Shown piece by piece: positions 58,250 to 64,000 of a DNA stretch of 64,000 bases. Under the pieces are notes generated by a model. That model ran no database searches and was not told the origin of the DNA. It saw nothing but the letters and a program-made list of their open reading frames with translations. Source of the DNA: a virus (lineage: Duplodnaviria; Caudoviricetes); IMG/VR virus record IMGVR_UViG_3300014204_000111, positions 1 through 64,000 of that record; one strand, given 5' to 3'. Position 1 is the stretch's first letter, and every line of letters begins with the position of its first letter. The translations under genes were made by a program, and so were the position numbers.

Positions 58250-58753
58250 ATGATGGAAACTAAAGTGTGTAGCGTGTGTAAAAGAGCCTTGCCTTTTGAT
58301 AGATTTGGCCCAGATAAAAGAAATAAAACTTATGGTTTAAGATGTGAGTGTAAAGATTGTAGAAAAGATTACTATAATTTACACAGAGATAAGTTAAATG
58401 AACAACATAGAGCTTATAGAATTAATAATCCAGAACTTTATGGTGCATATCGTATTAAAGCAATACACAGATATTTTGTTATAAAACATAAACAAATTCT
58501 TCATTTAGGCGGAGAATGTCGTATATGTCACTTAAAATATAATATAGATAATCAATATATGTTTGCATTTCACCATTTAAATCCTGAAGAGAAAGATAAG
58601 ACGGTTAGTGACTATAAAGATTTTGAAGCCTCTTTGGTAGAAGTGAATAAGTGCGAATTATTATGTCACAATTGTCACAGTGGCTTGCACGCAACAAATA
58701 ATGAAATGTGCGTAAGAGATTTAAAAGAACAATTACTTGTCGATTTGAAGTAA
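58250..58753 (+). CDS. HNH homing endonuclease
   Basis: CSVC..CKDC; CRIC..FAFHHLNP..EVNKCELLCHNCH. Confidence 0.88.
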   Translation: MMETKVCSVCKRALPFDRFGPDKRNKTYGLRCECKDCRKDYYNLHRDKLNEQHRAYRINNPELYGAYRIKAIHRYFVIKHKQILHLGGECRICHLKYNIDNQYMFAFHHLNPEEKDKTVSDYKDFEASLVEVNKCELLCHNCHSGLHATNNEMCVRDLKEQLLVDLK

Positions 58754-60697
58754 TTCTTCTATAGAGGCTCTTTTTTGTCTAGTTAAACCGTTCATCATAT
58801 ACTGGAACTGAAAAGATTTAATGAGGGAAGGATTTATTCCTCCCTCTTTACCTTCAATATAGGTTTGTCCGTATTTATCTATGTTGGCTTGTTTACGAGC
58901 CTCAAAACTTTCCATACCTGCTTGTGTTTTTAAGAAACCTGCTTGCTCTGCACCTTTTTTACTATAATGGGTTTGATGTGGCAAAGGTGGTTTATCTTCT
59001 AATGGTTCTGGTTCTGAGCCGCCCAGGAAAGGATGACCGGCAAAGCTGGTCACGTTCTTTACATCTCTTGTTTTGTTTAAATTTAAACATCTTAAACATC
59101 CAGCGCAACTATGAGGATTTCCATCATCGCTCTCTTCACCTGTTCCCATATCCTTTCCTCCACGACAAGGAGAAATCATAAAACCTTGGTTTCCATTCTG
59201 TAGTCTTTGAATAAGAGCTAGTTTTTGGGAATGTTCTGGTCTACCATTAATAGATTGAGCGAACTTAGAGATGTATTCTTCATCTTGAAGAGGAAAATGC
59301 GTATATTCTAAATTAGTATTTTTTAATCTAGCATCTTTATTATGTCTTAATCCGTGTTGGACGGCAATACCAGTAGCTCCAGCATTAAGAGCAGAATGAA
59401 TGGCGTGTGCTTCTGGTTCAGTCATATCTTCGAATCTAGGAGCAGAAATTTGCATTGAAACATTAGGTAAAGAGAAAAGACCACTTAATTCATGCATGTA
59501 GTTTTTATCTAATTCATCTACAACAGGAATACCAGTAGATTTAGTTAGAGGAACTTTAGTGTATCCCCAAACATTAACTAATGGTTTTCCATCTTTTCCT
59601 ACTTGAGAGAAGGCATTTTTTAAACCAGCTAAGTGTCTTGTTGAAATTTCTTTGATAGTATTTAAGTTAATAGAACCGTCAGGATTATAAACTTGTACTC
59701 CTCTTTGTTGTAAACCTTTCATTAATTCATCATCAAAAGGCATAGAATTACCAGTAGCTATTTTTTGAGGGTCAAGTAAAAATCTATGTCCCATAAGTAA
59801 ATCACCAGAAGGATGAAGTCTCATATTTCTTTCGCCCGTTTTAGCAACATATGTTTGAAGCTCTTTACCTAATCTTGGCCCAAATCCAGCGGTTAAAGAG
59901 GCATAGAAGTTCTTCATTCCTGATTGAGTTGCTGTAGGTTTAGCTAAAGCTCCTAATTCAGCAAAACATCCTCTACACATTCCAGGTCTTTCACAATCAT
60001 GTCCAGAGCAAGTAGCAGCGTTAATTTGAGGAGTAATACTTAGGCTTGAAGGGAATATACCTACTTGAGGGTCAAATCCATGTTCTTCTACTGTTCCCCA
60101 TCTTTGTCCAAATGCTTGTATATTTTGTTTCTGGGCAGTATCTGCCATATTATAGACTTGTTTTGTTTGTTCTGGAGTTAAATTAATAGAATTATAAGAA
60201 GTTGATTTACCTCTACCTGTTTTATATCCTTTAAACATTTGGGGAAAGTAATCTACCATTCTTTTAATTAAGTCTTTGCTACTCTTAGTGTCTCCTTCTA
60301 ATTGTAAACCATTTGGAGAGTTTTTGATTAGGTTCTTTATCTTTGTATAATCATTAATTTGTTGTTTAGTAGCCATATAAGGAGCTAATTCTCTCATAAG
60401 TTGATTTTCTAAGCCTGCATCTGTAATGGGATTACCAGCATTATCTTTTCCAGAAAGAGCCGCTATAATCATTTGTTTATGTTGACCCCAATTTGGAGTT
60501 GTTAAAAGACGAGCAGCGCCAGATAAGTTTACAACTCTACCAATCTTACTATTGCCAGCTTGAGTTAAACTACCAGCACGGTTAGTTTCTTTAATAACTA
60601 AGTTATGAAGTGTCTGAGCTTCTACATTAGGATTCTTTTTGGTAGAGACACCTTTGAAGAATTCAAATGATTCAAAAATTTTATCTGGATTTAACAA
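58733..60697 (-). CDS. Enlarged GP88-like (Cys-rich, radical-SAM-related) protein
   Basis: TCSGHDC..MCRGCFA, RLHPSGDL, WGYTK, QISA, SPC..CAGCLRC. Confidence 0.65.
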   Translation of the reverse strand: MLNPDKIFESFEFFKGVSTKKNPNVEAQTLHNLVIKETNRAGSLTQAGNSKIGRVVNLSGAARLLTTPNWGQHKQMIIAALSGKDNAGNPITDAGLENQLMRELAPYMATKQQINDYTKIKNLIKNSPNGLQLEGDTKSSKDLIKRMVDYFPQMFKGYKTGRGKSTSYNSINLTPEQTKQVYNMADTAQKQNIQAFGQRWGTVEEHGFDPQVGIFPSSLSITPQINAATCSGHDCERPGMCRGCFAELGALAKPTATQSGMKNFYASLTAGFGPRLGKELQTYVAKTGERNMRLHPSGDLLMGHRFLLDPQKIATGNSMPFDDELMKGLQQRGVQVYNPDGSINLNTIKEISTRHLAGLKNAFSQVGKDGKPLVNVWGYTKVPLTKSTGIPVVDELDKNYMHELSGLFSLPNVSMQISAPRFEDMTEPEAHAIHSALNAGATGIAVQHGLRHNKDARLKNTNLEYTHFPLQDEEYISKFAQSINGRPEHSQKLALIQRLQNGNQGFMISPCRGGKDMGTGEESDDGNPHSCAGCLRCLNLNKTRDVKNVTSFAGHPFLGGSEPEPLEDKPPLPHQTHYSKKGAEQAGFLKTQAGMESFEARKQANIDKYGQTYIEGKEGGINPSLIKSFQFQYMMNGLTRQKRASIEELLQIDK

Positions 60698-60726
60698 AAT
60701 TATCCTCTAATTTTAGGTTGATATAG

Positions 60727-60784
60727 TATTTTACCCTCTATTATGCTCTTAACATGTTAAGCAAGCCTGGATTTGGGGTATAAT
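60727..60784. promoter_or_regulatory. Divergent GGGTA promoters flanking a TTAACATGTTAA palindrome
   Basis: Minus GGGTAAAATA (60727-60736), palindrome 60749-60760, plus GTTA-N16-GGGTATAAT (60756-60784). Confidence 0.55.
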
Positions 60785-60842
60785 ACATCGTTATGGGAGA
60801 CTGAGTGGGACGATACGCACCAATTGAATAGAGGAGATATAA

Positions 60843-61379
60843 ATGGTTAATGATGAAGAAGCTTTAGAACTTGGAAAGAAAATACTTGCTCAAAGAGAAA
60901 GAGAAAATAAAAAGCAAATGAAAATTATTGCTATACATACTGAAGCTAATCAAAAAATTATTGATGAAATTGAACACCTTCAAAAACAATATGAAGAAAT
61001 GCCTTTCGAAGTTGCTTCTTTTATTTTAGGTTTTTTTGAATCTAAAAATCAAACTATTTGGTCTGGGACTAGTTCTCATACTATGTCTATATGGTACAGA
61101 AGATGTGAATCACAGTTAAAAGATAAACCTATTTTAGCATATTTAGAAGAGGTGGTTCATGATAGATATGGAGATTGTAACCTTTCTTATCAGATTCACT
61201 TTTTTGATACAAAAGAAGAGTTGGGTAAGTGGATTATGTTATATGATACAGAGTCGAGAAGAATAAGGTATGTGTGGGAAGATTATAAGTGTATTAATAT
61301 CGAAGCAAAAGAAGTGTTTATTTTGGATGGAGAAGTTATCGGAGAGCGAAAAGTAGACAGAAGTTATGTTAGTTTATAA
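60843..61379 (+). CDS. Hypothetical protein
   Basis: GAGGAG RBS. Confidence 0.7.
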   Translation: MVNDEEALELGKKILAQRERENKKQMKIIAIHTEANQKIIDEIEHLQKQYEEMPFEVASFILGFFESKNQTIWSGTSSHTMSIWYRRCESQLKDKPILAYLEEVVHDRYGDCNLSYQIHFFDTKEELGKWIMLYDTESRRIRYVWEDYKCINIEAKEVFILDGEVIGERKVDRSYVSL

Positions 61380-61763
61380 TTGTGTCAAATGTTCGAGATG
61401 ATGACAGTTATGACACAAACAAATACACTTATCTATTTCTTCCCAAAAGTTTGGATTAGTTATATATTTTATATTTAACTCTAATTTTTTAGAATCTGGG
61501 TCTTTGTGATGGAAGCATAATACTAATGGGTTAGTTTCTCCACAATGATAACAACCTCTTGATTGCTTATAATCATAAAATAGTATTTGTAATTTTTTAG
61601 TACGACGCCGCGCTGTTTCAGGATTGTAATAACTCTTTTTAGTATAAGATTTTACTTTTTCTTGGTTGTTTTTTCGAAAATTTCTCGAATATTCTCTAAG
61701 TTTATCTTGATTCTCGCTCCGCCATTTTTTCATATAAATCTTTTTTTGTTCTGTAGTAATCAT
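61374..61763 (-). CDS. HNH endonuclease
   Basis: CYHCGE..LCFHHKDP..EIDKCICLCHNCH; start taken at MITTEQ, 5 nt after GGATAATAT. Confidence 0.85.
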   Translation of the reverse strand: MITTEQKKIYMKKWRSENQDKLREYSRNFRKNNQEKVKSYTKKSYYNPETARRRTKKLQILFYDYKQSRGCYHCGETNPLVLCFHHKDPDSKKLELNIKYITNPNFWEEIDKCICLCHNCHHLEHLTQL

Positions 61764-61783
61764 AAGATATATTATCCACAAAA

Positions 61784-62239
61784 TTATGAATTTTTAATTA
61801 GGTTATCTAGATATTGTTTTAGTTGTTGTTTTGACAATTCGCCTTCATAACGGTTTATAATCTCTCCATTTTTATTGATGAAGATAGTAACAGGAATCGC
61901 GCTTATATTATATATAGAGTGTGCCTCAGACGAATACCCAAAAATCCAAGGATATTTATGTTTTTCGACAAAGTTTTTTGGATTTCCGTCAAAATCAACG
62001 GCTAGACTGATAATTGTGATTTTATCTGAATAATCTGGGTATAAAGAATTAATTGTGGATAATTCAGAGATACAATATGGACACCAGACTGCCCACCAAT
62101 TTAAAACTATCGGAGTTTTATATTCAGAAAGTTTATGAGATTTATTATCAAAAGTTTTGAATTTGAAATCAATGGCGGTTGACCCGCACAACAGGGTAGC
62201 AAACAGCACTATCACTAGGGTTATAAAAATGTGTTTCAT
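61784..62239 (-). CDS. TlpA/ResA-like exported thioredoxin
   Basis: Signal peptide, VLNWWAVWCPYC, IPVTIFINKNGEI. Confidence 0.9.
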   Translation of the reverse strand: MKHIFITLVIVLFATLLCGSTAIDFKFKTFDNKSHKLSEYKTPIVLNWWAVWCPYCISELSTINSLYPDYSDKITIISLAVDFDGNPKNFVEKHKYPWIFGYSSEAHSIYNISAIPVTIFINKNGEIINRYEGELSKQQLKQYLDNLIKNS

Positions 62240-62244
62240 ATATC

Positions 62245-62253
62245 ATATTACCC
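62245..62253 (-). promoter_or_regulatory. GGGTAATAT box 5 nt before ATG (leaderless arrangement)
   Basis: GGGTAATAT-GATAT-ATG, no SD. Confidence 0.55.
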
Positions 62254-62267
62254 ATAAGGAGAATTAA

Positions 62268-62600
62268 ATGGATAAATTTATTGAAAAACTTAGAAAGATG
62301 GAAACATTAGATGCAGCAACTTGGTTGGTAAATAAATATCCTTTAGATAAGAATTTTAAATTGATTCTTATTAAGTTTGAAGATTTAGAAGAACTTCTCT
62401 CTTTAATTAGTAATAAGATAGAGAATAAAGAGTTTTTGACTGGATTTACTGTAGATGAAGAGAAAGGAATCAGGTTTGAAAAGGATTTGCTATGTCCTTT
62501 CTCTCTTCCTCAAGCTGATACATTTGAAGGTGTGAGAATTTTAAATTTATATGAAGATTTATCTATAAGAATCGAGGAATACAATGATAAGAATAACTAA
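62268..62600 (+). CDS. Hypothetical protein
   Basis: AAGGAG RBS. Confidence 0.7.
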   Translation: MDKFIEKLRKMETLDAATWLVNKYPLDKNFKLILIKFEDLEELLSLISNKIENKEFLTGFTVDEEKGIRFEKDLLCPFSLPQADTFEGVRILNLYEDLSIRIEEYNDKNN

Positions 62601-62841
62601 TTTAGATAGAAATAGGGTTGTTTATTTTGCTAATGATTTTATCAATGACGACTCTGTTAAGCATAAAGAGGCAGGAATTGTTGCTCAATTCTTGTCTAAG
62701 TATAGCGCTGATTCTTCACAAAAGATTGAAGCAATTTTAAGAAAGCAAAAGTGGTATAAGGCTGGAGATTTCTACGCAGAAGTGATTGAAAGCACAATGT
62801 CTTCTAGTATTAAACAGATTGAGAAATTATTAGGAGTATAA
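62584..62841 (+). CDS. Hypothetical protein
   Basis: GAGGA RBS. Confidence 0.65.
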   Translation: MIRITNLDRNRVVYFANDFINDDSVKHKEAGIVAQFLSKYSADSSQKIEAILRKQKWYKAGDFYAEVIESTMSSSIKQIEKLLGV

Positions 62842-62843
62842 TT

Positions 62844-63068
62844 ATGGATATTATATTAACAAACGAAGAAAAGACCTTGATAGAAGAATGGAAAAACACC
62901 ATCTATAATACTTCTCGTAAATTTACAGATGATGAATATAATTTCAGGGAAGATGATGAATTGAATTGGTTTGAATTATGTTTTGGCTGGCTTCTAGGGA
63001 AAGGCGTGGATGAAATAAGAGCAAATTCCCTTGCCATTTATATGCGTTATAACTTAGAAATAGCATAA
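62844..63068 (+). CDS. Hypothetical protein
   Basis: AGGAG RBS. Confidence 0.65.
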   Translation: MDIILTNEEKTLIEEWKNTIYNTSRKFTDDEYNFREDDELNWFELCFGWLLGKGVDEIRANSLAIYMRYNLEIA

Positions 63069-63079
63069 AGGAGTATAAG

Positions 63080-63289
63080 ATGCAGTGGTTAGCTAAATGG
63101 ATGGCAGCATGGTTTATTCGAAAGTTTTGGGGGCCAAGATGCAAAGAAATTTCATTAGGATGTGGAGGTTGTGATGCTTGGCTTATGTATGATTATCTTT
63201 TTGGGGATAAGTGGTTTGATGGTGATGTAAAGATGGTTAAGATACACATTTATGTTCCTGAAACAACTGTTATTAATGAGGAGGAATAA
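63080..63289 (+). CDS. Hypothetical protein
   Basis: AAGGAG RBS. Confidence 0.6.
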   Translation: MQWLAKWMAAWFIRKFWGPRCKEISLGCGGCDAWLMYDYLFGDKWFDGDVKMVKIHIYVPETTVINEEE

Positions 63290-63502
63290 ATGAATTGTTT
63301 TATTTTATTGCAAGAAGTAGAAAGTTGTGGAAAACCTTATCAGTTATTTCATAGCGCTCATAAAACAATGGAAGGCGCTTTAAAGAAGATGAAAGAAAAT
63401 GCTGTAGATTGTAAACAAATACCTAGTGGAGAGTTTTGGGTAAGAGACAAGCAGTTTAATGTAGCTTATTATAGCATTACAAAAACAATTTTAGGAGAAT
63501 AA
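63290..63502 (+). CDS. Hypothetical protein
   Basis: GGAGG RBS. Confidence 0.65.
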   Translation: MNCFILLQEVESCGKPYQLFHSAHKTMEGALKKMKENAVDCKQIPSGEFWVRDKQFNVAYYSITKTILGE

Positions 63503-63503
63503 A

Positions 63504-64000
63504 ATGATTTGGGTAAGTGGAGATACACATCTAGGCCATGTGGGTATAATTGGCTCATGCAATAGACCTTTTCAAAATGTTGAAGAAATGAATAAAACAA
63601 TTATTGATGGGTTCAACGATAGAGTTGGAAAGAATGACATTGTTTATTTCTTGGGAGATTTTACTTGCAATGCTAATACAGAAATCTGCAAAGAGTATAT
63701 GCGTCAACTCAAGGGTAAATGGGTTATGATTCAAGGTAATCATGATAGAAAGAAGGCTCTTCAAGAAATGAAGAGCGAAGGACTTATTATTAAACATGAC
63801 AAGATTATGAAGATTGAATATGGTGGTCGTAAAATGGTTCTTTCTCATTGTCCTATGGTGACTTGGGAAGGAATTTATGATGGTGTATGGCATATTCATG
63901 GTCATACACATTCTAATTATAACCATCCTTCTCCAATGGCTTATGATGTTGGTGTGGATGGACATAATTTTTTACCTATTTCTTTTGATGAATTAAATAC
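63504..64000 (+). CDS. Calcineurin-like metallophosphoesterase (partial)
   Basis: Not in ORF track. Manual translation MIWVSGDTHLGH..RPF..EEMN..YFLGDF..GNHD..HGHTH; AGGAG RBS. Confidence 0.9.
   Translation, partial: MIWVSGDTHLGHVGIIGSCNRPFQNVEEMNKTIIDGFNDRVGKNDIVYFLGDFTCNANTEICKEYMRQLKGKWVMIQGNHDRKKALQEMKSEGLIIKHDKIMKIEYGGRKMVLSHCPMVTWEGIYDGVWHIHGHTHSNYNHPSPMAYDVGVDGHNFLPISFDELN

Noticed and set aside
30787-63144. Short minus-strand or nested ORFs in the right arm (e.g. 33088, 35716, 39079, 42196, 47166, 55127, 55198)
   Set aside because: Shadows of motif-bearing genes.
8833-63550. GGGTAWWAT copies inside coding regions (about 8835, 33466, 42893, 49892, 55842, 63542)
   Set aside because: A few are expected by chance at this composition; not counted as promoters.
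63555-63965. 136-aa minus-strand ORF
   Set aside because: Antisense shadow of the metallophosphoesterase starting at 63504.
1-64000. Stop-codon reassignment
   Set aside because: Conserved genes are full length in code 11; TAA, TAG and TGA all end genes; no suppressor tRNA.

Overview
AT-rich, densely coding 64-kb segment of a large dsDNA bacteriophage genome. It contains no virion structural genes, rRNA or CRISPR array, and the host is not identifiable. Genes diverge from a non-coding gap at about 28.5-28.7 kb. The left arm (minus strand) carries a MoxR/vWA module, DnaE, ThyX, a 14-kb cluster of soluble nucleotide-sugar and glycosyltransferase genes, and a split class II ribonucleotide reductase. 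The right arm (mostly plus strand) carries an AEP primase, a SigB/SigF-like sigma factor, a Rad52/Sak-like annealase, DnaB and a degenerate DnaC, SbcCD, RecA, two ClpP paralogs, a RecB/Cas4-like exonuclease, a CHAP endolysin, RuvB, HD and Nudix hydrolases, tRNA-Ser(GCT), HNH endonucleases, an enlarged GP88-like protein and many small ORFs. Strongest non-obvious signals: (1) the glycosylation cluster; (2) a C-terminal [DE]LE[IV] tag on five unrelated proteins; (3) GGGTAWWAT promoter boxes matching the encoded sigma family, including a palindromic bidirectional promoter and apparent leaderless genes; (4) apparent avoidance of GATC and GGWCC. All calls come from reading motifs by eye; no searches or counts were run.
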